This document shows positions 1-12,999 of a DNA stretch of 64,000 nt, one piece after another (position 1 is the stretch's first letter; every line of letters starts with the position of its first letter). Made by a program: the position numbers and the translations under genes. The notes beneath the pieces were generated by a model that saw nothing but the letters and a program-made list of their open reading frames with translations, did no database searches and was not told the DNA's origin. This stretch comes from Glaucostegus cemiculus (taxonomy: Eukaryota): contig CDPCPM010000076.1 of assembly GCA_976551045.1 (NCBI GenBank), forward strand, positions 13,082,001 to 13,146,000, written 5' to 3'.

Positions 1-151
1 AAATGTTTCTATATTAAGGGAACCAAGAGATAGGGCGTTTGGGCAGGTAAGTGGCAGTGAGATAAAAAACCACCTATGATCTCATTGAATGTGGAGCAGG
101 CATATGGAACCAAATGACCTACTCCTGCTTCTATTTTTATGGTCTTATATT
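1..151 (+). mobile_element. CR1 LINE 3' end fragment
   Basis: Typical CR1 3'UTR: ...tatgatctcattgaatgtggagcagg...aatgacctactcctgcttctatttttatggtcttat. Confidence 0.75.
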
Positions 152-1936
152 CATGTGGCATGAAAGTCTATAACTTTGCAATAATTATCAGAAAATTCTG
201 AAGTTGAAACTGAATCATATCATCCTGGCAGGAACACCCTCAGTATTGAAGGTAGTAGGCCAGACTTAGGCATACTTAATATTTCTTTTAAATCAGGCCG
301 ACCAAATGTGGATGACCGCTGCATCCAGGTAGCTTACCATTGGAACAGATGTAAATTTGAGGCTGCTTCTTCATCAACAGTAGTTTCTCATGGATGTTCC
401 TGGAAAATGGGTTTGGGAGGCAGGGTGAGATGGGAATATGGAGGAAGCTGTGGTTAGCTGGGAGAAAAGATTGAGGTGGTGATGGTTGAAAGTTGAATGA
501 CAGTGATTGGGAGAAGGTGTTTAGGTGGTGAACAATCAGAATAAAGCTAATTGGGAACTGTCAATTTTATTCTAGACCACTCAAACCACACCGATTTCCA
601 GACTCCACGTAAAATGGAGTTTCTTAGGCTTAGTTTAGGTCAATATTTCAAATGGACACTCCAAACTTCTCTTACCAGTTGTGATGAAGGAAAGAAACAT
701 TAAACAGGCATTAGTTTATTCACTTTCTAGCCATTTCTGGAGCTGCTGTGTAACTCTTTGATTTTTGTGTAGTTCTGGCTTTCAGTTAGAGAATATGGAA
801 TGTGGTGCCAAATATTAGCATTTAGTACCACAAAAATATAGTAATGAGAAGAAACTAAAGGTTAAAAACTGTAATAATTTTATTTAAATATAATACACTT
901 AAATTGAATACTACACCTCTGCACTATTTGCTATGTGGTTGCTCCAGAAAGATATATACTGAATATAACTTTTGAAAAAAAATACTGGAATTAAAACACT
1001 TACCATCACCTCACAAGAACTCACAGAGGACATTGTAAGATCAATTTAATTTTCTTTAGAGATAAGTACATTCATATTTTCCATACACCTTTTATGTCCT
1101 TGTATAAGCAGATTCCAGTGAAATTTGGACATAAGAAACCATGATCCATAATCACTTAAGTTATCATTTGATCTTATTGCTTAAGCTTTCAGTAAAGAGA
1201 AATATTCACATTTTAACCAAAGAACCTTATGTCTTGTAGCAAATTAGATAATATCTGTTAGTTTGCATTTGCAAGAAGCATATATTCTTTAAAATCATAA
1301 CAAATATTAGGTATTATTAAGGTAATTGAAGAAAAAGCAATTCAATAGTTTCTCTTTATAAACAATGTTGTGTGCAAAAGTACTGTTGTTTATATATAGG
1401 TATATATTTATATATGATCAGTTTACATTCCTACCTCTACCATTAGATCATAAGTAAAATAACCCACCAGAGCAAAACAAAAGGAAATTTACAGACAGGT
1501 TTGTTTGTATTGCAGCTTCTCTTATTGAAAATTGTCATTAATGAAGCACAAAAAATATTGATTGAAAATTGCCTGCAAAACAAAATAAAATTTTCAGTAG
1601 GTGATGGTAGGTATAATGTAGTTCTATCTTGGAAAATGTTTGCATCATGAAAATAGATATACTCTGTAAGTTAGATTGTTGTCAATGCTGACAGGAGTTG
1701 ATCAGCTCTGTGGACTTCTGAAATGATCAGTCCAACATAGAAACAAAAACTAAGGAATATAAATTCACATTCATGCAAAAAGTTACAGATTATGCACAGC
1801 AAAACAATGTAAATGCAATAAATATTTTCTCATCTTACCAGTTGTCAGTACTTATGTTTATGATATTTCCTCCCTTCCATTTGTAAAAATAGGTTACCCA
1901 TACTATGTCTGTGCAGGCAAGCTTAAGACTAAATGG

Positions 1937-1976
1937 TTTATTTTCAAAAGAGTTTATAATCTTAAATATCTTTATT
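1937..1976 (-). terminator. Candidate polyadenylation signals (two AATAAA) of the C11orf87-like gene
   Basis: TTTATT on + at 1971-1976 and 1937-1942, about 80-120 nt downstream of the stop. A distal one at 879-884 follows ~1.1 kb of repeat-free AT-rich sequence. Confidence 0.5.
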
Positions 1977-2058
1977 GTAAACAGGCCAGTCTGTCTTCAG
2001 CTATTCCTGGTGAAAAAAGATGCTTTCAGGATTTCCATCAACTGAGTTTTAGAATTAT

Positions 2059-2349
2059 TCAGGTGGAATCGTGTAGCTTGGAATTCCCTTGGTCTCTTTC
2101 ATATTCCTCCTGGGCTCGTTGTAATTTTTTGCTTTTCAGTTTCCATTTATGGAAGTGAAAGGTTGCAAGAGATGTAGATAACAAGGTAATTATTAAAGCC
2201 AGCAGGATAAGCAGTGCCACAAAGGAAGAGATACTTTCCTCCAGACGTTTTGGGTCCCCTTCATTAGTAGAATTAAATTTTGAAATGTTTTCATTTTGAT
2301 TGCTTGGCAGTAATGTTGGCATTGAAACTTTATGAAACTTAGAATTCAT
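2059..2349 (-). CDS. C11orf87: C11orf87-family small single-pass membrane protein (96 aa), ortholog or paralog
   Basis: Hydrophobic stretch [19 protein letters not shown] followed by [24 protein letters not shown], matching the C11orf87 signature [25 protein letters not shown]. N-terminal NxS/T sequons (NIS, NST), no signal peptide. AAAATG start; acceptor ttttgcag 71 nt upstream. Confidence 0.9.
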   Translation of the reverse strand: [96 protein letters not shown]

Positions 2350-2420
2350 TTTGAAACCAAAAGATCAAAATCCCTCTTTCACTGATTCTCCATAAAGCAT
2401 GAACATGAGCTTGAGATTTA
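2350..2420 (-). other. 5' UTR part of the coding exon (splice acceptor AG at 2422-2421)
   Basis: Minus strand reads ...aattaacattttgcag|taaatctcaag..., with a branch-like TTAAC and a canonical acceptor. Confidence 0.65.
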
Positions 2421-4959
2421 CTGCAAAATGTTAATTTCAAAAATGGGTCTCCATTAACAAAGTGCAAGGTTATATTTAACGTTAATGAATCAACATAGAT
2501 AAAATTAAGAGATTAAGAAGTGTTCATGATAGATAATATGGTCAGCAAACATGGACTTCCATTGTCACAAACCAGCTTTGTCAAAGTGTTGGTATCTTCA
2601 GTTATTTTCTAGTTGGTTTTAAGTGGTCTTGCAGTTAGGTTCACATGTAGTTTCAAAGCCCTTGATAGGAAAATTGCTGAGTTTCAAATATGATGCATCA
2701 GGAGACAGTCTAGAGAAAGAAACATTTCCATTTAAAACATAGGCTTAATTCTGTTTTTCAAGCACATATAAAATCAATAATGTTTTTCTTTGATGGAATG
2801 TTAAGCTGACAAGTGGAATATCTTAAGAGTGACAGTGAGTAATTTATTTGTACAACTCTATTGGCATTTAAATCAAACATATTGTTCCATATTGCATACA
2901 AATGAAAAGATCATTCATAATGTCCAAATCTAAATGACTTCTACTGTTGTCCATTTCTTTAACAGTTATTTCTGATTTAATAAAAAATGATTTTGGATAG
3001 CCTCAATGCATTTTCTAGTGGTCACACATACAAGCTAAAAGGGATCACCTTGGCATTGCAATCAGTAAAGCCCCAGGGTAGAGAATGTGGGAAATGACAA
3101 TGGTGCAGCGATGAAGTAGAAAGGTGCTCTAGGTAGGCAACGTATCAGTGGCTCAATAGGCTTAAGTTGAAGAAAATTGATGTAATATATATTACGAGTA
3201 ACAAACCAGCTTGATTAATCGAGATGAAGATACTTGTGGCTTTCATGAAAGGTGTGATTAATTTACTATATCTGTGCTTTGGGATGTTTATTTTTGTCAG
3301 ACAATTGAATGTTTTGTTTTAATTCTAAACATTTATGTTTATCATAAAAGAAAACCTTGTACTACATTAATTTTTTTATGTAATTACTGAGTATTTTTTA
3401 AAATATAGGCTCTGATGTGTTCACCGTGTTCGGGATGAATCACATACTAGTGAAGTACAGATAAAAGACAGAAAATGTAAGAACTTACAGCAAAAATCAA
3501 ATCTGCAAATAAAGTACAGAATAAGGAAAATAAGGATTATGTTTCAAATCATGAGAACAGCTTTGTGATGTGCTTAGTGTTGCACAAAACAAGCTCTTAC
3601 TATAAAGGCTGTTTTTCAAATAAATGCATAGTGTTACTTTGGCCCATGATTGGCTGAAAGAGGGTCTACACAATGTAACTCAAAAAAATTGTTTTGCCAG
3701 TATTCTTCTGTATAACAACATTTTGACAAAGCATTTGAGCGGAGGGAAACAGTTATAATATTTTCTGTTATTTTTTTCTAAAAATAATCTCTGACTCTGT
3801 GTTAGGTTTATGCACAGATTTTGTATTTTACTTAAATTTCAAGACAGGCAATGGGAAGTAATTTAGTAGAAACTGAGATTACTTCACCATAATGGTCGAA
3901 CTGTAAATGCAGTTGTGTGGTATATACAACTTAATTTTACCAATAGACAAATAGGAAAGGTTAGCGGTACTGTTTTTAATTGATTATCCATTATACATAT
4001 TGGTATACCAACAGCTGAAAAAGCAGGTTGAGTTATTATCATGTCTCAATGTATTACATCCCAATACTGCATTGAGATGTTCTTTTTCTAAATATTGGTA
4101 TTTCTTTATTTTTTTATTGTTGATAAATATTGAAAGTCAAGCTATCATTTCACCACAAATGCTGGCATCCAATTATTTAATCAGTTAGTATCAAAAGCAC
4201 TGACTGAAAAGTTTGAAGCCCGGTTAAATAGAATTTGAAGTCAATGAACCAAATAACATTTTTGGAAAGACGCATCTCTATGAACTGGGAACTATTTTCA
4301 CTTTAAACATTTATTGCATGGAAAATCATGTTTTGATTATATTAAATTCATGGAGTTTGTTCTTCAATTGTAAAAAAAAATTAATGGACTTTTACATAAT
4401 GATTGTAATGATAATTCCTCTGTGACCTTATTTGCTCAGATAGTTTTACAGTTTAAGAGCTAGTGCAATTTTGCATAGTCACAGTCTTGTTTCTTTGTTA
4501 GCACCAAGAGAACAGATGAGTAGAGTGAACAACTGAGATGAAACTGCATTTATTTCAGTACACCTCCAAATACCCGGTGTCCAGTGAGACAAATATAAAC
4601 TATTCTCCCACACAGAACCAATTCAGTCTGCCATATATTAACCTTTCAATTACTGAATCTAATTACTAAGATACACTGTAGCCACTATAAATCTATGGAA
4701 ACTAATTCACGATTGCATGAAAAGCAAAATAGCATATGTACATAAACGTATATACTGAAACAAACTTATTCAGACTTACAGATATGTGTTGGTACATACA
4801 GCAGTTCGGTATCACGTCCAGAAAGACAAGGCAAATACACATTTATATATAGGCTGGTGATGAATACATGATGGGAAATAAAATGATCGAAGCCCTACTG
4901 GAACTTAGATATTAGGAAGGTAATTTAGAACTATACATTGATTGAACGATAGGGATGTT

Positions 4960-6600
4960 TAATTCCAGTGGCAACGATGATGTTTTTAAAAGATTTAAGT
5001 GATTACCGAGGATTTACTGAAGCGTCGGCATATTTGAACTGGAATCTGTCGTTTTATGTGCCAACCTGGGATTCGCTTATCGCAAACTGCATTACCATCT
5101 TGCCTTAAAACATAGTTTTGCATTTCATAAAAATAGAAACCATCAATCGTCCGCCTTGCTATATTATAAACTCCGACTTAATCTTTTGCAGAATTTTATG
5201 CAAAACCAGTGACGATGCCAGATTTCATTTAATAAAAACATAATAGCCTCGGAATGGTTAAACCGTTACCTGTGTTTGAAGATCTGCCGCAGATGGAGGA
5301 ATGTTTAGTGGGCAGCCAGTGCTGAACGGGCGCTCTCCCCTGCTGCAGTATCACAGGTTTCCGCGCCGGCGTTAAAATGACCCAGCATTATTCCAGTTTG
5401 ATCAACATTCAGCGATGAATCCTGCCGGTATCTCCCTTCTCTCTTCAACTTTACTTTACTTTATTCAGAATCACGTCACGTGAACAGAATGGTACGGTCC
5501 AATACGAGATCTTGGGAAGAAATGATATGATTCAGAAAACAAGGGAGGTGGAGACAGAGAGCCTCAGAAAAACAGGGATGCAGTGAGAAACACCACGAAG
5601 CAGAACTATTTATTCAACCACAAGCTCCCAAATACCAAATGGCACTGACAATGAGAAGCGGGGGCGGCGGGATAAAGTTTAATTAAGTCTCACTAAACAG
5701 TAATGTATATTACTGGGATTTCTGCGTTGTTGGATTCAAAGGATGTTGAGACAAGCCCCGACGAAATGCCAAGGTTCGGGAGCTTCTCTCGCACTTCTCT
5801 CTGATCACCAATATACATAACTGACATGATCACACAAAAGTACGGGAGAAGCATACTTCAGCTAAAGATGCACCACACAATGATTTATTGCTTTGAAATA
5901 TATGCCCTGGCACGCCGATTTAAACAGAGCTTAGTGGAAAACCTTTATGAATAAGTAAATCCAGTACTCTATGACAAAAGCCATGCCAGAACACATTTTG
6001 CTTCTTTGAGAAATCTTGAGCATTTTTATCGTTTCCTCCCACCCATTTCTAAAGATATTGACTCAGTCTCTGTACGACGCTGGTGCCCCCAAAGTACCTG
6101 TTCCTGATATATGAATAGTGGCAGTGGGTGTTGGCTGTTCAGTCATCGCGAACATCATTAATGAGCCTAATCCTGTTATTTTACAATGTTCTTTAATGGC
6201 CCATTCTGCGGTAACGCAACACGCTGTAAATTAGGGGATAAGAATAGAATCTGGATAAAGTAATCAATGTCCCGCTTGAGCATACAACCGATTAAATTGT
6301 TTAGCAGAAGATAGTAATTCATGAACCCTGAGAAGTGTTGATAATCTGGTCGCTGCAATCTCCGGTGCAGTTCTCCTTAGAGTGTTAGTGCCGTGTAAGA
6401 ACGTTGGAGCTTTTGTCTTGCTTCAGTCAGTTCAAAGCTAGTGATGTGAACAGAATCCTGATCAACGTACAGTGACACTTCAGACAGATGTGTCGTAATG
6501 CTTTTGGGATAAGATTAATTAATGAGACTAAAGTTCCCATTAAGTTGTGCTGTTCTGTGTGAATGAGGTTGTTCCTCTTTGATTGGTACCGAGATAAATT
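4960..6600. promoter_or_regulatory. CpG-retaining promoter region
   Basis: Many CpGs in non-repeat DNA against a CpG-depleted background. Overlapping CRE-like/E-box TCACGTCACGTGA at 5471-5483; EGR/GC box GCGGGGGCGGCGGG at 5658-5671. Confidence 0.65.
5270..5460 (-). other. Probable non-coding first exon of the C11orf87-like gene (TSS uncertain)
   Basis: Strong donor CAG|GTAACG (GT at 5269-5268) inside the CpG-enriched region. It would give a 2.85 kb intron to the acceptor at 2421. Confidence 0.6.
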
Positions 6601-8469
6601 GCTGGAAATAACGCAAACGATTTTAATTTACATCGAGGTAGATTATACCAGACCTGAGGTATTTAATGCTGGTACTGAGTGCTGGAAATACAAAAGATGC
6701 TGCTTCCCACTATTATTTTCCATCATCCAGATGCCCACAAAAGTTTACAAGAAGAAGGATATCTAGATAGCATTTATATTCTGAGCACAATATTGCGCAA
6801 GAGAGGCTGAGTGGTGCGTTAGACAGGAAAGGTTGTATAGGTATTTAGTCAATGCTTGCTGCTAAAGCTGATTAGCGTGCCAATAACTAGAGTACGGTCA
6901 GAATGTCAGTGCTACCGAGCTGGTCAAAACTACAGCAGAGGCACAAAGCTGCCCAGAATAACTGATAGAAAATATACAGTTAACATTAATGTGTTTTGCC
7001 AAAATAGTCATTTTTAAGAACAGCCAAATTGTGTCTCTTTTGCCTGTGGCAAAAATGAACCAGAATGTAAACCAGAAAAAAATTGCCCATCTATCCTATT
7101 ACCCATTATAATCTCTTATTCATAACAATATAGATACTACCAATCCATCTACAGGCTTGTCATCTGAAGAGAGGATCTATAAATTAAATAAAATCTTAAC
7201 CTATTGTGGATGAAACAGATATAAAATTCCCTTTGTCCTCTTTAGGCAATTAGAACTAATCGAGAGGGCTACATAGATCCCAGATGAGATGACAAAGTAC
7301 CCACCTCTTGCATTTTTCATATCTAAATCTGCTAGGAAAAAAAATCCATGTCTTTCTTGGCACAACAAATCTGTACAAGAGGAGTAGAGCTAACTTTATA
7401 CAGAGTATAGTACAACCAGCTTTCCCTTATTTTAATCTAAATGCTGCTTGTGTATCGAGAAAATGGCCAAAGAGTCAGACCTCTAGCGTGATTGTATGGA
7501 ACCACAGAATCTGATGAAGAAACAACTCTCAAAGGCTGCTGCTTGATCTCAAGGGAGAGAACATCTCATTTGTCAATCAGCTTTGGGAAATGGCACTACT
7601 GTGACAAGGTGTCCATGACTTCATCTGAAAATGTTCAACAAAGGAACTGGAGAAGACTTTTTTTCTTTTCTCTTTTCTGCAGACAACAATCTTTGGAGCC
7701 AGTGGCCAATCTCCTGGAAATCAGGGTAGATTCAGGTAAATTGTAGATCCAAATCCACTGACGTAGGGAGTGTGAAATTTGATAATACCAGAAGAGGCAT
7801 GGTCAGGGATTCACCTTTACACTGGGATATGAGAAGATAAAATCCCAATAAAGAATTCAAAATAAATCCAATAAGAAATAAGCAATACATCATTTTGCAC
7901 AGAGTGATTAGAATATGTAACTTACTACCACAAGAGATAGTTGAGAAGAATTACATAGATCCATTTAAATGAAGTCATAATTACGTGAAAACGAAAGGAA
8001 TTAGAGGATATTTTACTAGGGCTAGATGAAGAGGAATGGGAGAAGGTTTTCATGGAGTGTAAACAGCCACACACACATTTAGTCTGAATGGTCTGTATCT
8101 GGGTAGTAAATCCCATCCATTGCACAGTAACTATGGTGACTATAACAAAGTACCTTTTTCATCAGGTGCATTTAATAAACATGTGAACAAGCAGGTGTAA
8201 GAAAGCATAGATGGAGAATCTAAACCATCTGATTTTTGGGTAGGCGGAAAGCCAGACATCATTTTAATATGACTGGTGAACTACCCACACAATTGAATTG
8301 AATACAGGCAGCCTACACACTTGGAATCCAAGATTTCCTGAGGACTGCCCACTCACTATTTATAGTGTGATTAGCATTTCTTAAAGGGAGGTAGCATTCA
8401 TGTTGCTAGTAACTCTAAATTACTTTGTGCAAAGATTCCTTTGTGGTGCAATGATTCACTTTAGAGTAA

Positions 8470-8555
8470 ACTAAATGTTAATGCTGTCTGTCTGTCTCTC
8501 TCCACAGATGCTGCCTGACTACAGATTATTTTGAGCACTTTTGTTTTATTTTGCA
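8470..8555 (+). mobile_element. Penelope-like terminal repeat fragment
   Basis: ctctctccacagatgctgcctgac...gagcactttttgttttattt; same module as 30060-30157. Confidence 0.55.
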
Positions 8556-8854
8556 TCATACTGTGTCGATTCAGGCTCAGTTGTTGAAGTGCTGGTTGAA
8601 AAAGTGAAAGGAAAAAGGATGTACTCTTCCTAGATGATGTTCAGAAAGTGGTTAAGTATCATCTGTAGCAGTCTTGGAAAGAGCTGGCAGGTATGGGAAA
8701 GTGCTCTAGCACTATCCCCATGACCAAGATTCAGTGCAAAAACTGTTTGAATGATCTAGCCAGAGCAGCAAGGTGTACCGGATTTTTTTGTATTTATATA
8801 TCAAAAGTGGCAAGGGCAGCTTTGAATGACCGTTCCCTAATAACCCTTGAGAAG

Positions 8855-9025
8855 TTGATGATGAGGTGCATTCTTGAACAACAGCATGGTGAAAGTCCTC
8901 CCACATTATTAATGGGCAGGGAGTTACAGGATTTTGACCCAGTGGCAATGAATGAATGGCATTATATTTCCAGGTCAGGATAGTGTGTGACTTGGATAGA
9001 AACGTACTGGTGGAGTTGTTTTCAT
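8855..9025 (-). mobile_element. Old CR1/L2/Jockey-group LINE 3' fragment
   Basis: gggcagggagttacaggattttgacccagtggcaatgaatgaatggc...; related to the fragments at 19.96, 52.4 and 58.06 kb. Confidence 0.55.
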
Positions 9026-9737
9026 CAGCGTTATCATGGAATTGAAAGTGCAGCCCACACTAAGGTCACACCAGAGGCTGTTATATTTACTTGCTTTATT
9101 AACAGAATTACCATCACACTTTTTGAAACAGAGAGGAATTATCCCCAGGATAACAGCAGTATATACTGGATAATTTTGCTCAAGATAAATGTGTTTTTGT
9201 ATATCTAACACAGAAAGTCTAGTGTGTGCATACATTAAGTGAAACTAATGGGAAAGTTTTTAGGTAAAATCACCGTGGATCATGACTGCCACTTATTTGA
9301 TAAAATCATGCAGCCTTACAGTTTGATACTTCCTCAAGAGAGATATTACAGGTTTCACCATGGTTTGGGGGTGGTTAATTGAAGCCACATTCTGTCAAGG
9401 ACTCAACTACATAATGTGGTACTCCAACAGAAATGCAGGAGGTTAACTTTAAAAACACACAAGCCATTCTGAATGTTCATTACCCCTTGTCTATAGCTTA
9501 TATTACACACAAGTTCTGCTCAAAAAGTCTTCCGAGCTGATTCATCCCAGCTTGTGTCCATCAGTCTGGTCTTTGCGGTATTAGTTAAGCATCCTCTTCT
9601 ACAAGAAAGGGAAGGGTACTGATCAATATCATGCAGTCTGCCCGGATGACATGCACATCATATTTGAATAGCAGACAGAGTGTGATAATTGTGAGATGTG
9701 GGTATGATTGTGGAGCAGTGGTGAATGATTTAGGTAA

Positions 9738-10085
9738 AAAGACACAAGAGACTGCTGATGCTGGAATCTGGAGCAAAAAAAACAAGATGCTGGAAGAACT
9801 CAGCGGCTCAGGCACATCTGTGGTGAGAAATGAACAATTGACATTTCAGGTCAAGTCTGTTCATCTGGCCTGAAAGCTGTAGCCAATATAAAACCATGAA
9901 GGGAAGAGGTGGAGCAAGAGCTAGCAAGTGATAGGTGAATCCAGATGAGGAGGGATGATGGGCAGATGGAGGAGGGGAGAGTGGAAATAATGACAGAAGC
10001 AATAAAGGGCTGATGATGGAATCTGATTGGAGAGGAATATGCATGGTGAAGCATGGAATCAAGTGAAGGAGGTGGGAGATTTAGG
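9738..10085 (-). mobile_element. Penelope-like element 3' repeat
   Basis: acacaagagactgctgatgctggaatctggagc...gctggaagaactcagc is the reverse complement of the module at 30080-30157. A degenerate hammerhead core follows (9835-9872), then the purine-rich body. Confidence 0.7.
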
Positions 10086-12703
10086 TGAAATCCCTGACTG
10101 ATAGATTGTTCTTATCTGAGTGGCAGGGGTATATTACATGGAGCTGTGTGTGACTGTAGTGGTGCTGTTAATAGCAAAGATTTGGAGACCCCTGTACTGA
10201 GCTGGACAAATGGGGTCCCTGCTGTTGGTGCTTCATCCAGACAAATACAGTCTTCTCTCACTGATGCTTTATTGTGGATCAGGAGGGCTCCTTAAGGATA
10301 TCTCTCCTTCTCTCTGTGCTGTGAACCAAGACGTCCAGTGTTGCATTAGAAAACTGGAGATGTCCATTTGTGCCCATACCCTGGCATGGCATCTGTCAAA
10401 CTTACTAAGCATTTGCAATGAGTTCCATCAGCAATTGCAAGCAATGAACACCTCACCAGATGTGTGTGTATGCATCTGTATGTGCCTTCTGGTATCAAAT
10501 GATGCTGATCCCTTGTGAAATTGATAATGGGGTGTCTTCTTGATTCTTGGTGTAGCCTCTGGTACTTGAAATCTTCAAAATAGAAACAAATTTACCCAGA
10601 ATAGTTGTGCCAGTTCTCATTACCATCTTGAAAACCAAACTATTATGATGAGTTGATGTTCACTAGAGACAGCTTACTCTGACATCAAGAACAGTACATT
10701 ACACATTCCAGTTTGTAGAAAATAATGTAGAATCTCACTGGTAATCCTTCAGCCAAAGAGCACAGCTGTTATCAGTAGTCAATTAGGTCCTTCTAACTGA
10801 ATAAATACATAGAAAATGAGTACAGAATGGTTGACAGCATATCCTTTAGCCCATGTGTGGATTACAAGTGTGACCACAGAGAAAAAGCAGATCTAACTAT
10901 GTGATGAATAATGCAAGTTAACTGTTGCATGTCCATATGATTGATAGCTGTCCAGCAATGAGAATCTAAAACTTTCCACCTAATGTTAGCGGTTTGGGGC
11001 CCTGTCAAATCCCTGAATGAGGCATTGTACCACCAAGTCCATGGAGGACTAATCCAGAATGGTCATTGGAAATGATGTTGTGGGCTAAAATCACATCTTC
11101 CCACAATAAGTTCAAACAGGACTTAATTTCATGAATTCAATCAGTTTAATGTTTTATGTACTGCCTTCAGTATACAGACAAATGTGTATCTGTTCTGTTT
11201 TAATACTGTCTTTAATTTACATAGAACCAGTAGACTGGCAACTAAATTGTGATCAGGCAGGAATTTATACAAATATTTTAAATGACATGTCAAAATGAAG
11301 CCTAAATCTAATTTTTGTGAATGGATTAGTTTACAGATGGTGGAAATCTTTTTATTATATGAAAATTTCATCAATTGTAGCACTCAGAAGATGAGCACTG
11401 AAGTGCATGAGCAACTATCACTTGGTCCCTGTGAATGAGGTTACTACTTTAGTGTAAAATGAGGTGCACTTTTACATGGTGGGCCTTATCCACATTACAC
11501 CAGATTAAGAACACAGCAATGAAATTCATTCCCAACAGAGAAGTAAGTGTTTTTTTGGTGATTTTGAATTTGATCTTTGAGGTGAACTGTTTCTGATTGA
11601 TTCATTTACTCATCCAGTTCATTTAATGGTAAACGTTTTACATTGTGGACTGCCTTATAAATCTGTGTTCTCCATTTTTTTTACTGTTCTCTCTGTTGTG
11701 CCTTGCAGATCTGAAAAGCAACATCCAGAACCTGCAAAAGGGACTTTCCCATTCAGGAACTGAGTAGTTGAGCAAACTTGATTTCTCAACTGGATCCAAT
11801 CAGACTTCTTATATCCAATGTTGTCATTGTACATCATTATGTCACACACTATCCTGAAATTGACATTATCTTATTCAGCATCTGAGAGTATGGCAGGGAT
11901 GTTGAATAGATAGCTTCTACTTTATTATGGCTGGTATGTTCCTTTTCTTTTGTTGCAGAAACATTGGATTGTATAGTGTACTTCATAGAAAGTGATGAGA
12001 GGAATTTGCTAAGTGAAGCGCTGTTACCAGATGCCTTGTTCTTGAAAAAAATCCTGCTTTTGTTTTAGATTTCTGTTTCTTGTTTCCTTTTGTTAAGACT
12101 GAGTTTAACTGTAAAGAGGCTGAGCCATGATCAAAGATTGGAAAAGCATAAATGTTACAGTCAAGAAAGGCAAGCATTAAGGAAGACCTAGATACATAAT
12201 GTACATTAATAATGTGCATTAAGCAAGATTAAAGATAAATTCAACTTGTTTTTCTATCCTTCTTTTAGACATAAAACAATCGATGTTTATGCAAGTTTCA
12301 GCCAGATCTGCTCTGAAAGTAAATTGGTTGGACATTGAAAGTGAGTATTTTTTATCTGCACAGGAGCCATGGAATTCTGTGCCTTGGATTTTGAGAGCAA
12401 GGTTCCAACACTGATGGGATCCAGGTGCAAAAAGACAGGTTGCATTGGGATTCAGAGGCATGTAAATTATTTACTTCATTCATTTCCTCTGAACTAATGG
12501 TAAATTTCTGATGCAAAATGACGACTCTAAAGTCTGTGAGAGTGCAGAATAATTTATTCACCAAGGGAACAAAGGAAAGTTATTTTGTGAGTGACTTACA
12601 AGACTCTTAAACAGATTTACATTGAATTTGGGCATTGCATTTTTGATGTTGTAGAAAAGACAAAAATACACATAACTCCTTACAAATCCAGGCAGATGCT
12701 GAT

Positions 12704-12999
12704 GATACAAGATATCTTTTAGTCACATGTACATTAAAACACACAATGAAGTGAGTCTTTTGTGCAGTGTTCTGGGGGCAGCCCACAAGTGTCACCACAC
12801 TTCCAGCACCAACATAGTATGCCCACAACTTCCTAACCCATGTCTTTGGAATGTGGGAGGAAACCAGAGCACCCAGAGGAAATCCACACAGACATGGGGA
12901 GAAAACATACAAACTCCTTACAGACAGCCACTGGAATTGAACTCAGGTTGCTGGCACTGTAATGGTGTCACACTTACTGCTACACCATTGTGCCTGCCC
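12704..12999 (-). mobile_element. tRNA-derived V-SINE (HE1-like) with non-CR1 tail
   Basis: V-domain gggaggaaaccagagcacccagaggaaatccacacagacatggggagaa...caaactcc; B-box remnant ggaattgaac; tail gtcacatgtacattaaaacacacaatgaa. Confidence 0.8.
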
